64,000 nucleotides of DNA from Chrysomallon squamiferum (taxonomy: Eukaryota > Animalia > Mollusca). The notes beneath the pieces were generated by a model, which saw only the letters and a list, made by a program, of their open reading frames with translations, ran no database searches and was not told the DNA's origin. A program made the position numbers and the translations under genes. Shown here piece by piece: positions 1 through 15,598 of the stretch (position 1 is its first letter; each line of letters starts with the position of its first letter). The DNA lies in contig CM022670.1 of assembly GCA_012295275.1 (NCBI GenBank), forward strand, positions 33,728,001-33,792,000, read 5' to 3'.

Positions 1-2114
1 TTTCACAGATATGACTGTAAATAGATAAATTAAAATGATTTTTTTTTTTTTTTTAAATATTCTGAGAGAATAAAATTAAAGACACTTAGTCTGTGATATT
101 TTATTTTAACCTTTCTGCACTAAAATTCAACAATAACATATAAAATAACGTTTTATTTCGAGAAATTCATTCAGTCCCATGCGTAGGTTAATATGAGGAA
201 AAATAAATGTATTATTATTATTAATATTGTTATCATTATTACTGTTATTGTTGAATTTTGGTTTTTTCAAAAAGAATTGAGAATATTAGCGAAACGTAAG
301 CAAGAAAATGAATACATTTTTACCTCTTTAATGATTTTTTAATTTTTTTGTACATTTTAACGAGTATTTTGTGTGCATCTTTTAAACACACGAATGTGTA
401 TAATCACAAAAACAACAGAATGTTTCTGTTGTAATGAGAAACAAAGGTATTTTATCGAAAAACATACTAAAGTTCTAATACCTTTCTGTAAGAATTATGA
501 GAAATAAAGCCTAGCACTGTTAATGAATACAATTAAAGAACAACCACAATGATGTATATCATAAAACCTATTTTTACTACACCACAAACTTTTTTTTTTA
601 ACATTTATAAGAACGTATATTCATGCTGAACAATGTGCCAAGCGTGTTAAAGTATAAAGTAATTTAGCGCGTACTGTAAGTTCGATTAAACCATGGGGTA
701 TTTCAACATAGATATCGGTAAGTGATACTGTGCTAATTAATCTCTGTGTTATATCAAGTTTCAAAGAACGACTGAAACATACAACAATCAGAAACGCTAA
801 TACTAAACACCATTTTGCCATTAAATAATAAATTCATGTAATTTCGGCATGAATATTTTACACAGCCGATAACTATTATTAATACAATTTTAGCCAAAAT
901 TACTAAATCTCTATCATAATTTCGCACAGCGTTTTAAATTTAACCGATTCACATTACACCCCCACATACATACTTACTTACAAATTAACTCATCTATTTT
1001 TTTTTTTCCCTCCTTGGCCAATTTATTTCTGCAAGTTTCTAATAACAAGTTAATCATTTATTTCCATCGCAACCTTCGATTCTGATAATTATCTTTCAAT
1101 GTCCCTAACAGCTCTCCCCGCTCGCTCATTTCGCATCTGAAGTCATATTCACATAACTGTTCGCCATCTTCGCTTGTTGGTAGATTCTCGAAACATACAT
1201 ACATACACACACACACACATATATATAATAAAGATAAATATATAAAAATGATACAATTCGACATTTAATCTGTTGTCCCTCTGATTCATAGCCGCGTGGG
1301 AGTGAGTGAATTTCTTGAATTAAAAGCAAGAAATTTGATTACAATCGATGCTAGACCATCTACAGGAAAAATGGGTATAATCTTGAAACGTCAGAAATCA
1401 ATCGATCGGCGTTTACTTTCATGAATCGCCAAGTGGAAGTCAATTTTGTACACTATACACATGAACCGTGTACGGCCATGTGACCAGCAGTATACAAATA
1501 CGTACACGAAAAGTGAAAAGCAGGTCGTTCTGCCCAGACTCGTTATTTAATATAGCCACCCACGCAATACACAGCCCGTTTGTTTACTTTAATGCTACCC
1601 TTGAGTAATGAAAAAATGGGGGGGGGAGAGAAAAAAATGTCCTAGGAGGAAAAGTTAACGATTTTTTTCATCCATTCAAAGATGGCTTTTGTAAAACGTT
1701 TGAGAGCCATAAGAGAGGGAAATAATTTAATTGCCCGATTCAGAATCAGTCTTGTGAATGTTGGTTTGTCGCTTTGGAACACTTTTGCGCCCCATTATTT
1801 TCTCTTTCCTTCAAAAAGGACAGTCTAGCATTCCAATATTTCAAAAAGTTTGAAAATAAAAGAACTACGTTCATATACATATATACATACATATATACAT
1901 ATACAAGCACATATACAACGTATACATACATACATACATGCATACTTACATCCATACATACATATAGAAAACAATTTTTTAACTCAGTACAAATATGATA
2001 ACCTTCAAACTACAACTGTTCTCAAAACATAATAACTTCAAAACTACTCTTTTCCCTAACATATAAAGATTACATATCTACTATTATTATTTTGTAAACA
2101 CAACCCAAACAACA

Positions 2115-2760
2115 ACTAGTCACTACATAATCATTGTTATTATAAAGAAAAGTGAATACATAACCATTGTTATTATAAAGAAAAGTGAATATATAACCAC
2201 TGTTATTATAGAGAAAAGTGAATCCATAACTACTGTTATTACAAAGAAAAGTTACTATACTACTGATATTATAAAGAAAAGTAACTACATAGTCTATGTT
2301 ATTACAAACAAAAGTTGCTATATAACCACTGTTTTAATAAAGAAAAGTGACTACAATAATCATAAGGAAACGTTACAGTGTAACCACTGTTATCATAAAG
2401 AAAAGTGACTAGATAGCCACTATTACCATACATTTTTTTACTGTATAACAACTATTCGTAAAGAAAAGTTACTATGTAACCACTGCTATTGCGAAGAAAA
2501 GTGACTACATAACAGCTGTTATTATAAAGAAAAGTGACTACATAACAACTATTATTATAAAGAAAAGTGACTAGATAACAGCTGTTATTATAAAGAAAAG
2601 TAACTGCTTAATCACTGTTATAAAGAAAAGTGAAAACCTAACCAGTGTTATTATAAAGAAACGTGAATACATAACCACTGTTATTATAAAGAAAAGTGAC
2701 TTCATAATCACTGTTATTATAAAGAAAAACGAGAACATAACTACTGTTATTAATAAAACA
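2115..2760. repeat. Minisatellite, ~33-bp unit, about 20 diverged copies
   Basis: Head-to-tail repeats of TAACCACTGTTATTATAAAGAAAAGTGACTACA-like units. Confidence 0.9.
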
Positions 2761-3429
2761 GGTAATAAAATTTTATTATTTTAAAACTACACAATCACTA
2801 TTAATAAACGATAACCAAAACCTAAAGTAATAAATTTAAAACCATTTGTTTTTTAAATTAAAATTTAAAGAGTTTTAAAAAATATTTTTGTTTTGTTTTT
2901 TTCTCTGTCTGTTAATTTGTTTAGCTGGATTTAAAAAATATTTCTGATTTATCGAAATATTGCAATAATGTGGTAACAAATGGAAATTCTTCGAGCAAAA
3001 AGAAAGAAAAACAAGATGGATAAATGTCAGAATATTATAAAATATTGATATAGCGTTTGGAAAACGAAAAAGAAAATCAAAAGGCGCAGATGAATGTTTC
3101 AAAAGCATAAAATAAAAATAATAAATAAATGTCAGCTCGATTGTTTTCAATGAAATTTAGGAGACACTGACTGCTCGAAAGACTATAGGAAATGTATAGA
3201 AACAGATAAATTCAATTTAATAACTAAATGTAATAAAAATGAAAGTTTTGAAGTTATCACTCACTAAGCATGTTGATTAATGATGTACAAAAAGTAACAT
3301 AAAGAATAAATGAATTTTCACAGACGTCTGAGAACAAAATATTTAAATGAGAATAAGATAAGTTATAACAGAAACTAGCTTTTCAACGCAGCGAAATATT
3401 GGCCTACAAATATGATTGAATTTATATCT

Positions 3430-3630
3430 GTGTATGTATGTATGTTAGTATGGATGCGTGCGTGCGTTTGTATTTTGTGCATGTGTGTGATTGTGTGTGT
3501 GTGCGTGTGTGTGTGTGCGTGTATATATATATATATGCATTTATGTTTGTATGTATGTACGTATGTATGCATGCATGTGTGAGCATGTATTTGTGTGTGT
3601 GTGTGTGTGTGTGTTTGTATACGTATATAT
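3430..3630. repeat. Compound (GT)/(GTAT) microsatellite
   Basis: Direct reading. Confidence 0.85.
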
Positions 3631-6376
3631 GTAGGATATGTTTGAATTATTAAATCAGGATGTGTATATCGTGTTTTCAAAATAAGTTTAAAAGGAAATG
3701 TCCAAACATCATGGACACGTTCTTTTCTATAATCTGTTTTGTAAAATTGAAAATAAAACACTTTTATAAGTTATAATTTAACCAACGTCACACCATCGTC
3801 ATGTTTTCGTCACTGGAAAAATTAAGAAAATTAAAAAGAAAAATAAATAAAACAACCCTTGCCAATAATAGATCTTGATTAAATATTCCAAGATGCTTTT
3901 TTTCCTGGATTCATATTAACCATCCGATTGGATGTGAGGTAACGGAAGGAGACATTAAATAAATAATTTTGCCGTTTCGCTCGGAACTCCCATTCAATAA
4001 CATTTTATGAATGAACTGTGGCTGCCATCTCCGAATAGTTGCAAATCAATGAACGTAAATATATCGCTTTTTGCTCACGTTTCGCCAAGACGAATTGAAG
4101 TTTCATGAAGGAGGACAATCGTATTCCTTGACGTTGGTTTGAAAGAATTCTCGAGGTCTTTCCTTCTAGACTTTATTTTCAATTTATTGCAATTACGTTG
4201 ATTGTGTGGCAGAGCTATAAACAGAATTGCTTGCTGGGTGAATGAAAGAGCATTTGTTCAGCGTCCTAACCAACCACTCAGTTTTATTAACAACTTATTT
4301 TTAGATGAAAGTCTAAGACAATGAATTACTTGTAACACGATCAATTACTGTAAAATGTCTGTTAATAAAATCAACTTCAAAAAGCAGTTACCTTTTTTCA
4401 CCGCAGAGTAAATAAAGGTTTTATGTTTGTGTATTGCTAATAAAGATTTTGTATGTTCTTTTTGCATGTAATTTATATGTAAGCATAATTTGCCTGAAAC
4501 AAAATCAATCCCCTACTTCTCGTTAAGATCCCAAATTCAATAATTCCCGTGAATCCACTCGCTTATCTATTTCCAGTTCCATCCATAGCCCAAAAAAGTT
4601 TATTACAGGTTATGATTTATGCTGTCCTATATATGTTGGACTCTAACCTGTAAGAGTACTTCAAGTGCAACAAAAGTTTTTGTTTGATTTCTAAAGAACA
4701 ATGATTAATATGACAAAAAAAAAAAAAAAAATATTTTGTTAATGCTACCCTTGTTGTTTTAACAACGATTAATATACGCAAAGAATTTAAAAAAAAAAAA
4801 GGTAAGAAATTTTATGTACAAAATGATCTCAACAGATAACTGATGAAGACAAAATATTTATATTTGGCAGTTCTAATTTTAGCGCAGGAAACCATTTTTA
4901 ATTAATATCTTAACCAATGTAGGAACAACTTAATTACAGAGGAAAAAGGTCTAAATTTGGTGTTTAATGTGCTTAATGTCGCTAGATCTAATCATGACTT
5001 ATTTTACTTCTAATAGATTGTTTTTGTCATCCTTGCTATTTACTCATCGGACTTTTCGGTGACGACGTTTATGACCGTAAATTACACACAAACAGGGATG
5101 TCGCTTTTCCCTACAACTTTCCATCGATTCTTTCGCAATCCGCAGATCAATCAAAAACATGGGGTCATTAAATTAGCCAAGAGAAAAACCAACAAACTTA
5201 ACGAGCCAATGACAGGCTACCGCCAAATCGAGCGCGCTCCCTTCAAGCTGAACTGGCCGTTTAACGTTGTTTGCCGCAAACTAAAAACTACCATCGTGTT
5301 GTGTGAGATCAATAGAGATTTATCTCCTGCCCCGTACCATCTAGATCTCATCCCATTAACTGACGGAACCGGACAGCATGGCGCGTTTGCCTTGTAGGCT
5401 GGTCGTTTGTCAAACATGATATTTTGGATGACTCTTGCCGAAAATGAGTGGAGCAATGACGTCATTCCTTCTAGATCCATTAGTTTGTAGAAGTAATCTT
5501 CTTTTCTTATAATTATTTATTTTCTTGGCTGTTCCTCTTTCAGAACTTTTTATATTTTATTTCTTTCTTTTTTTTTTTTTTTTTAATTTATTGTGTTTGG
5601 CTGGCTATTTGGTTGGTGTGTTGTTAGTTTTGTTTATTTGCTAGTTTCTGTCAAATGTGTGTGTTGGTATGTATGTATGTATGTATGTAAGTGTATGAAT
5701 ATATGCACGTATGCACATAATAATACGTATACATCTATGAATGCGTACGTGTGTATATCTGTTTGTATCTATATGCTTATTTATCTGTCTGCTTTCGCCA
5801 AACGGTCTACCACCGTATATATTATCTTTAACTTCGTAGTGAAGTATTTGTGTGTTTGTCTAATTTCCGGACTAATGACCTTCCAAGCGATGACTCATTT
5901 GGTCACGGAGGAACATCCTGTCTGCCCATCCAGACTTGAATTAGCACCAGACACAAATAGACCGACGAGCGTGACCGCTACTCTCCTTCATCATAAACCC
6001 TCCGCAATAAATAATTCTGGCGGCGAGCTTTGTTTAAATATAGACTAAACAAGTTACGCATTCATGAACAGGAAGAAACTTCAGCGAATGGTCAAAACAT
6101 CAAGCAAATGTATACGATGGTCTGACTATGGTGTCTTGTGGATTTATGGCATTGGTTAAGTTTGAGACAGGGGACTGTAATTTCTGTTTTATTATTATTT
6201 GTTTTGTTTTACTGCAGTATGTCCGAAATATTTCTACTATTATTTTTCATTAAACTGAGGTAATATATTTTATTACTTCAATTTAGTCGTTTCAGTTTTT
6301 ATGCTATTTAACTGCGATAACTTATCTTTTATTTTTCTAAAAATAATTGATTTATGTCGGGTTTTTCTATTTTGGA

Positions 6377-6377
<1 letters not shown>

Positions 6378-6451
<74 letters not shown>
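6378..6451. repeat. (ATT)n microsatellite
   Basis: Direct reading. Confidence 0.95.
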
Positions 6452-6452
<1 letters not shown>

Positions 6453-6754
6453 GCTGTTTATGATTTATTATTTTATATATAGGCTCATCCTGTTATCTTT
6501 ACAATCGAAGAAATATTAAATGATATATAAAGTCAAACGATTTAAATAAGTCGCATTTTTCTCTTTGAAGCTAATTTTCTCAGGGGCTTGAATTACAGTT
6601 TCACTATACATAGACAGAGATATGTAGGTATAATTATATGTCTATGCCTGTGTAAATACTTATATTTATTTATTTATAATTTTTACTTAACGTATTTGTG
6701 TTTGTGTGTATGTACAATTTTGTATGTGTTTATAGAGATAGATGAGTGGGCAGG

Positions 6755-6765
6755 CAGACAGACAG

Positions 6766-6837
<72 letters not shown>

Positions 6838-6853
6838 GGATAGATAGATAGCT

Positions 6854-6884
<31 letters not shown>

Positions 6885-6914
6885 TGGATGGACAGATAGA
6901 TAGATGGATGGATG

Positions 6915-6949
<35 letters not shown>

Positions 6950-7113
6950 GGATGGATGGATAGATGGATGGATGGATGGAGATGGATGGATGGATGGATA
7001 GATAGATAGATATGATAGATAGATAGACAGAGATAGATAGATAGATAGATAGAGACATATAGATACATAGAGACTGATAGATAGATAGATTGATAGATGA
7101 TAGAACCAAATGG

Positions 7114-7156
<43 letters not shown>

Positions 7157-7200
7157 GAGATAGAGAGATAGATAGACAGACAGACAGAGAGAGAGACAGG
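6755..7200. repeat. (GATA)n/(GATG)n compound microsatellite
   Basis: Direct reading; explains the IYLS-repeat ORFs. Confidence 0.95.
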
Positions 7201-7925
7201 CAGGCACATAGAGATGAATGAATAGAAGGACAGATGTATGGACAGATGAATGGAAGGATTAACTTTTTTACGTTATGTTATCTTATTTCACAACATTATT
7301 AATTCATCAAAAGAATTTTAATTTTTAATTGATTTCTACTTCACTACTTCGATACAACGCCCTGCCTTTAACGTCTGCTGGTGTCGTTTTATGCACAAAC
7401 CGAGGTAACCCTCGTAAAAAAGGGTGGGTACGGTAACCAGATATTTATGAGACGGTAACCGTATCCCAAAACATGCAGTAATATCCCCAAGACTCGTTGT
7501 AAAACACACATTAGAAAAAAAGAAGAAAACTGAAAAACAAGAAACTGTAAGATATTAACTGTCCCTGCAGATGCCACATAAAAGGATCGTAACAAATATA
7601 TTTTGAAATGAAAATTATCATAATGGATTTTAAATGCCCGTCAGATTTGGAATTTAATCACTAATTTAATGGTTTTGTTGCTTTTATGTCACACGGTACA
7701 AAGTGAGTAACCTGAACAGCGCAAATTAGTTGTTTGTGCGGGGTGGGTGGGTAGGCAGCAAACGTTTTTATTATTTTATTTTTGTCGGGTATGTGTGTTA
7801 CATTTTATTATTTCAGTTCTTTTCTTCTCCTTTTTCTTTCTTTCTTTATTTATTTATTCACTTTATTGTATTATCTTTCTTTCTTTCTTTCTTTCTTTAT
7901 TTATTTTATTGTATTATTGTCACCA

Positions 7926-7926
<1 letters not shown>

Positions 7927-7991
<65 letters not shown>
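7927..7991. repeat. (ATT)n microsatellite
   Basis: Direct reading. Confidence 0.95.
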
Positions 7992-7992
<1 letters not shown>

Positions 7993-10189
7993 TGGCGTTT
8001 AAAACTTGGACGATAACATCTTTAAGATCTTAAGAAGACAGTTTAATAAGTGTGTTTTATTAAGAACATGTTGATAGTCGTGTGTAAACCATCCAGAAAA
8101 AAACTGTTTCCTTGCAGCAACACAACGAAAAAAAATCCTGCTTGTGTCCGATTTTAATGTTAACCTTAACTAAACAGCTGTTATTTCGCCCTGGAAACTG
8201 AAATCACCAACGTATGGTGTTTGTTTTTGAAAGTCTTTTGTTTTAAAAATATATATAACAACAAAATACATTAGAGATCTCAGGCTATAAATTCAAAACA
8301 AAGCTATTTTGTATATAAAAAAAAAATAATACAAAAATACTTTAGAACTCTAGTAACTCAAAGAAAAAATCGATTTTTTATATATAAACTTTTTTCTTTC
8401 AAAATATTTATGAGCTTTCGCTCCATAAATTCAAAAAAGAAATGTTTTGTTTTCTTTGTATTAATATAAAACACCTTGAAGATCTCCAACTATAAATTTA
8501 AATCTGAAATGTCTTTATTACAAAATTCCATTCACCCGCAACAAAATTTCATGATATTTTTATAATAATTTTTGAATTATCCTTTCTTTATTTTCATTCA
8601 CCCTAAAATAACTGTATTCTCCTTCTAGTTTCATTCACCCCACAATAAATTTATTCACCACTACGTGATCCATTCACCAATTTAAAAAGTACTGCTGTTA
8701 CAAAAGATGCTGAAGATGTGAGCCTGGTTCTTGGAATATCTGCTAAAGGCAAACATCGTTGGTTTTTGTTGACTGTATCACATGTATTTATCATTATTAT
8801 GTTTAATGATTTATTGAAATCAGGTCTCCCGCTCACTGAATTAAGTCCTTTGTAAAGTAATGTTCTGAAATTTCGCAACCTTTCGGCGAAATGCCAAGCT
8901 TGCCAGCGAATACAGACAACAGAGAATTCAAATAATTTTCATTACTCGTCTTTTTCCTTCCTTTGTTCCGTTTCTTTTTTTTTTTTTTTTTTTTTTGTAT
9001 TTTCGTTTTTTTTTTTTTTTTTTTTTTTTTTTTCATTTCATTTATTTCTTTTTTTTTTTCTTTTTTTTTTTTCTTTTATTTGTTTATTATTATTTGTGTT
9101 TTGTTGTTTTGTGGATGTTGTTGTTTTTTGTTGTTTTGGGGTTTTTTTATCTTTTTTTAAAGATGTCACGTAAATAGCAAATTTTAAGAGGATTGGAATC
9201 TTTGTTCGATTTAACATTTAAAATTTAATATTGACCTTTTGTATTTCTAAGTCTTTGCAATAAAGCAATAGAAAAGATTCTGTAATATGTGACGATATGA
9301 AACCATTAAATTCTTTATTAGTGTACGAAACAATGTCTTAATTAATTTTATATAATAAATATATAGAAAGTGATAATGACAAGTATACAGACAGACACAC
9401 AGTGTAGAGAAATACATATGATCTGACAGAAGGACAGACAAAAAAGTTAAGATCAAATTTGAAATTCGGATTGTTAGAAAATCACAAATTATTTAAACTA
9501 ATAAATAAAATAACAACAACAACAACAACAGCAAGAAGAAGAAAATGAAGAAGAAGAAGAATTGCTCAGAAATGCAAAACAAAATGTCAGGACTCATAAA
9601 AAGTGTAGCGTCGATTTTCCAGTGCTAGAAGTTGGTTACTTCTACGGAATGTGTAAAGTCATGTTTAAGAAAATAATATAAAAATAAAAGGTTTATTTAT
9701 TTTTTTTTATTTTTAATATAATCTGATATGACCCAACACTTTATACACCTGTGGTAATCAGTAGAAATTTTAACTTAGAGTGTCTGGTAAACAGCATAGA
9801 TAGGTATGATCTTTATTACTGTATACACGAGAAAGAAAAAAAAGCCGTTGAAAATCCATATTATTTGACCTTTCACAAAACAAACAAAAACACTGCGAGT
9901 AGGTGTTTATAACAAATTTATTTAAGCTTCACGGTCTGAATGTTAAGTATACTGTTTTATGTGCAATTTGTTTTAATCAATGCACAGAGACAATCATTTT
10001 TAAATCAATCATTTAAAAAGATCGTGATGCTGTCATTTTCTGTAAAGGTTCCGTTAGAAGCACAAAAGACACAGAACAGTTTGAAATGAACTTGTATTTT
10101 GTTAATGTCGGATTTAAAGAAGCTAAACAGTGGTGCTATTGTTGTTGGTAGCAGTATCATCTCACCAGTACTATACATGTTACTAGACA

Positions 10190-10570
10190 AACGACTACGA
10201 CAACAGCAATAACTCGAACTTTTACTATTGCAGCAACTAGCATTGCTTATGCTACTCTACTATAACTACTACAACTACTACTACTACTACTACTTCTGTT
10301 ACAATACTGTTACTGTTACTAATACTACTTCACCAATGTTTTTATCGTTACTGGTAGTATTACCATAACTATTACTAATAAACCTGTTACTGTCACTAAT
10401 ACCATCTCACCAACGTATAAAACAAAAAGGCTTATGTAGCATCTGTAATAGCATTACTCGTAATTGCTTCTACCACTGTCAGTACGACACCTGCAGCTAC
10501 TACTACCAGCACAACACAAACTGCCATGGTCACTAATATCATCTCACTAACGTTATTGCTACTACAGTAA
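10190..10570. repeat. Degenerate (ACT)n-derived low-complexity tract with internal duplication
   Basis: CTA/ACT triplet periodicity; TCACTAATA(C/T)CATCTCAC(C/T)AACGT occurs near 10393 and 10530. Confidence 0.65.
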
Positions 10571-10779
10571 ATATACGTAATATATAACTGTTGTTACGTA
10601 ACAGACAATAAAACTGTTTAAAACTAATGATGCAGTCATCAATGATTTTATTCTCCAAAATTGTGTTAAAACAGTATCCTTTCGAAACGAAAGAATCCCG
10701 TTGCCAAATGAAAAACAAAACACGAAGTATTAATATTGTCCAATATGTAAAATAATCGTTATTAATGTAGATGGTTATA

Positions 10780-11102
<323 letters not shown>

Positions 11103-14100
11103 CAGCTACACAAAGACTTTTGGATGGTTAAAATAAAGAACTGTCTGAAGCTGTACTTTTAAATTTAATATCAGCTGTCCTGCTTACTAAAGAACTGATA
11201 TTAATATTGCGTAAGAGACTCTTTTTGTACGTAATTGTAAATCGTTTGCGAGAACGTCTTTAATTGCAGTCTGATGCTTTCGTTTGTCCGGGTTTTTATT
11301 CTTTATATATATTCATTATGGAACTATTTCAAGTCGAAAATCATGCATGGTACATTTAGTGATTTGTTCGGGAAGAAGTCGGGCGCGAGGAACTGTGCCG
11401 TAATTAATGCTACAATTAATGCTCTGGAGACGTGCGAATGTATCGTTCATTTATCTATTAACAATCGCTGTCCAAAGTCGATTTGCGTAGGTACGTAAAA
11501 ATGCAGTAATAAATGGCAGAATTAATATATTGTAAATTGGCTTTTCCGTCTAGGTTACGTTTTTTTTTCTTCTTTTCTTTTCTTTTTTTTTTCTTTCTTT
11601 TTTTTTCTTTTTTCTTTTTTATTTCTTTGCAGCTGTTTTTAACAGCAGTATATTAAATTTTGTAAATATCGTTGTACATATATTTTGCATTATTTAGTGT
11701 CGAAGCATTAATTTAGGAAAATTAAGTTTACATATTTGTTTTGGGTTTGTTTATTTGGTTTTAAGGAGGGTTTCGAGGTTGTTTTGTTGTTGCTGTTGTT
11801 GTTGTTGTTGTTTTTATTATTTTATTGTTGTTGTTATTATTTTAACTCTAGAATGAGTTTATCTGATTTTCAATGTTATGACACGTTGCTGTACTATAAC
11901 TGGGTGTCCTGATGATCTGTCACTGAACAACACCTTTGAAGAAGATAACCATGGTTACTCAGACCGAATTGCTGGTCACGAAGGTCCACAAAAACGTATG
12001 TCCACCACTGTCAAAGCTGTTAGTCCAGAACTGATGTTGCAGTTGTGGTATGGTCTTATTGCTTCACTGAAACTGATACAAAAACTCAATGACATTTTTC
12101 AGTCTTCGTCGTTTTTTACATAACACAAAACGTCTGAAAGTTCAGTCATTTTATACACTGGAATTAACGACTGTTATGTGACCTTAAATTTTTTCGTTCT
12201 CTTTTTCATCCAATTTTTTTTTTTTTATTTATTTTTTTTTTTATCTTAATTTTAGTTTTATTGCCTCTAAAATAACAGTGGAGGGTTGAAAGAGTGAGGT
12301 ATTAATTATTATGTGTCTCTTTTTTCATTTTGTCTTTATCCTTTTTTCTTCTTTTTTTTTTGCTAATATTATACTCTGTTTAAAGTCAAACCTTTGCACT
12401 TTTTTCTCGGAAGACCACCGACGTGGCAAATATAAATAATTTCTTCTGTCGCTGATTTCGTAACAGATTAACTTTATCTCTACCGTGGATTATGAAAGGT
12501 CATCCAGGAATTGCGATAAAATCGACTAGTCGAGTTGAAATCCACTGACGAGAAACCTAACGCGATGGAACTTCGTGTTCTTCCACATTATGAATTACCA
12601 CCGCACTGGAGAGATTCACACGCACGTTATAATGTTAGATTGTAGAAAACTGAGAATAGCTTTTATTGTTATTTTGGTTAAATATATTTCTTTATTTTTG
12701 CCCATTCTTTTTTATTATCAGGTTTCGGGGGTTTCGTTTTATTTTTGTTTTATTTATATATATATATTTTTTTTTTCTTTGTTGTTGTTTTTTGGAGTAT
12801 TTTTTTTGTTCGGGATCTGAAGTGTTTTTTGTTTGTTTGTTTCTCTTTGCTGGTTTGAAATTTTTTTATGTCATGGGGGTGAGTGTTTTCTTTAACAACT
12901 GAAGTGCATTTTATGGAACATAAAAATTTATATACATTTTTTAATAATATATCACATTTCGTTAACATAAGACTTGGTTCCTCTTTTATTTATTGTTTCC
13001 ATTATGACAATGAAATGTGGGTGTTTTTTATGGGTTATAAATTAAAAAGAGTTTTCAGACTTTGATATCTGACAAATACCTGCTAGAATTCATGACAACT
13101 CGGACAGATTTTTTTTTTTTTAATTTTTTTTTTTTTTTTTTTTTTTTTTAAACAAATTGTAATTTGTTTTCTTTTGTTGTTTTTTGGGGGTTGATTTTTA
13201 ATTTATCTTTTTAAAAGAGCAAATCTTTGAGATTTGAAATTTTTTTTTTTTTTTTTTTTAAACTATAAAATGAGTTCAAGTCTTTAATATCTTAAATGGA
13301 GGTTGCTTCTAAAATGCACCATGCCGTGAGAGAGAGGATGTGTGTATTTGTGCGTACCTGTGCGTGAGCGCTCATATGTGTTTCTTTAAACTCTAGATAC
13401 TCAATCATTTTGTTGTAGTTTTGTTGGAGTGAGTGAATTAGTTAGAGGATGTTATTATTATTATTATTTTTTTTTTTTTTTTTGTTGATTTGATGGTAAA
13501 AGGATTCATAAAAGATTTATCTTCATATCTTTTATTTATGTCTTTTTAAAATTCTGTGACATAAATCAAAATACAGATCTGGGTAGGAACAAACCGTTAC
13601 ACTTTCTCTTCTCATGTCAGAATGACAGATTTTTGCAATGGGCACATTATTATTATTTTCATTTCTATTGCTTTAAAGTATATTTTATCCCCTAAATGAT
13701 TTCAGTCGTGTGTTTAAAAGAAAAATCCTGGATCAGATCATTAAAGGGCATTCTCCTCATGCGACTGGTGACATTGACTAATCGCAATGTATTAAATCGC
13801 ACCGAAAGAACTGGTAACACCAAAAATCGTTTCACAAATCAAAATCACGCAGTGAGATCCTCCATATCTGATTATTAAACAAGTGTTTCATATTCACGTC
13901 ATTTTGACAACCCTCTTGATCTTTTTCCATCTGCAGCCATTGCTCTCGCAATTCATTTATTACAATATCTTGGTTCGTGTTTTCCAAATACTGGGTAGGT
14001 GCATGTAAAAACATCCTTAATGCTATTTTGTAAAAGTAACTCCTCTTTGACAGCTAATATGAGTTAATATTTAAAACTCTGAAGGTGAAATGAAATATTC

Positions 14101-14939
14101 ATGTAACAATTATGTCATACAGAACTGTTTGCAATAAACAAATCAATAATGAAAACAAATTATTAAAGGTAATATAAAGTTGTTGAACTTAATAAAATAT
14201 TTAGTAATTGCTTCATAAGAAATTAGCTGAGGATTTGAATCATTTGTAATAGACGGGGGCGCAGAAATGCTGATACATATATATATATGTTGGTATATAT
14301 ATATATATTTCAAATGGCGTCGGCGTTAAACGTTTGATGTGTATTTCTTTAGTAAAAATATAATGCAGACACGTAGTTATAAAAGATACAGCAATGGGGG
14401 TAAAATTATAACTAGAACACACACAGCTGTAATTGAAGTTGAATCATTTAAAAAAAAACGTTCGATGTTCTAGACATTCTCTGTCAACTATAATGATTAC
14501 GAAAACATTTAAACATCGATATTTTAAAATTATAATAATATATACCCAGCCATTTTTACCCAGAAATTTCCTGTACCGTGAACAGATGTGAAATCATCGT
14601 TATAACATAACTTTTAAATACTGATATTTTGAAATTTACTATTCTTTGTTTTGATACCATGCGAAGACTAATTTGTCAGTCGTAATACATTGCTTTGTTC
14701 GATAAATGAAATCATTTGCTAGTTGACATTACGAGTAAGTAATATTGATAATCATCGAACTAAGCAGTGATACAAGATACTGCGATAGATCGCCAAACTC
14801 CAGTGATAAATAACAGCTTCATCTTTTGACCCAGACAGTTTGATTGGCTCTAAGACATTTGTGAAGAGCCGGCGAAACACGTGGGTGGTAATTTAATTAG
14901 AATCGTTTATTTATATTAAAAATAAAATAAAACATGTCT

Positions 14940-15598
14940 TACGTATGTATGTATGTGCTTATGTGTATATATGTATGTATGCAATAGGTATGTATGTATG
15001 TTAGTGTGTGTGTATGTATGTATCTATGTATGTATGCATGGATGCAATATGTATGTATGCAAGTACATTCGAACATAACAGAATATGACCCCGGAGACAA
15101 CAACCGGAGACATTGTGACATAAAATAAATATTCTGGGTTCGTATTCTGTTACGGACGTATGTACTTACATACATACATATTGCATACATGCATGCATAC
15201 ATAGATACAGATACATACATAGATACAGATACATACATACATACATACATACAGATATACAGATACGTACATACATACATATATACATACATACATAGAC
15301 ACAGATACGTACATAGATACAGATACGTACGTACATACATACATACATAGATACATAGATACATAGATACATACATAGATACAGATACGTACGTACATAC
15401 ATACATACATAGATACATAGATACAGATACATACATAGATATACATACGTACGTACACACATACATACATACATAGATACAGATACGTACGTACATACAT
15501 ACATACATACATAGATACAGATACGTACGTACATACATACATACATAGATACAGATACGTACGTACATACATACATGTGTGTGTGTGTGTGTGTGTGT
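14940..15598. repeat. Compound TACA/GATACA/CGTA satellite with a higher-order unit, ending in (GT)n
   Basis: Repeated ACATAGATACAGATACGTACGTACATACATAC-like blocks. Confidence 0.9.

Noticed and set aside
2115-2760. ~33-bp repeat array with a CRISPR-like period
   Set aside because: Units are head-to-tail with no unique spacers, no cas genes are present, and the context is eukaryotic; it is a minisatellite.
5059-5480. Overlapping 112-aa and 87-aa ORFs in a GC-richer patch
   Set aside because: No recognisable domain or exon structure; better explained as regulatory DNA.
6683-7209. ORFs of 85-174 aa here, and similar ones at 14939-15576, 22561-22855 and 23646-24130
   Set aside because: They are translations of microsatellites (IYLS, MYVC, HTYI, ER repeats).
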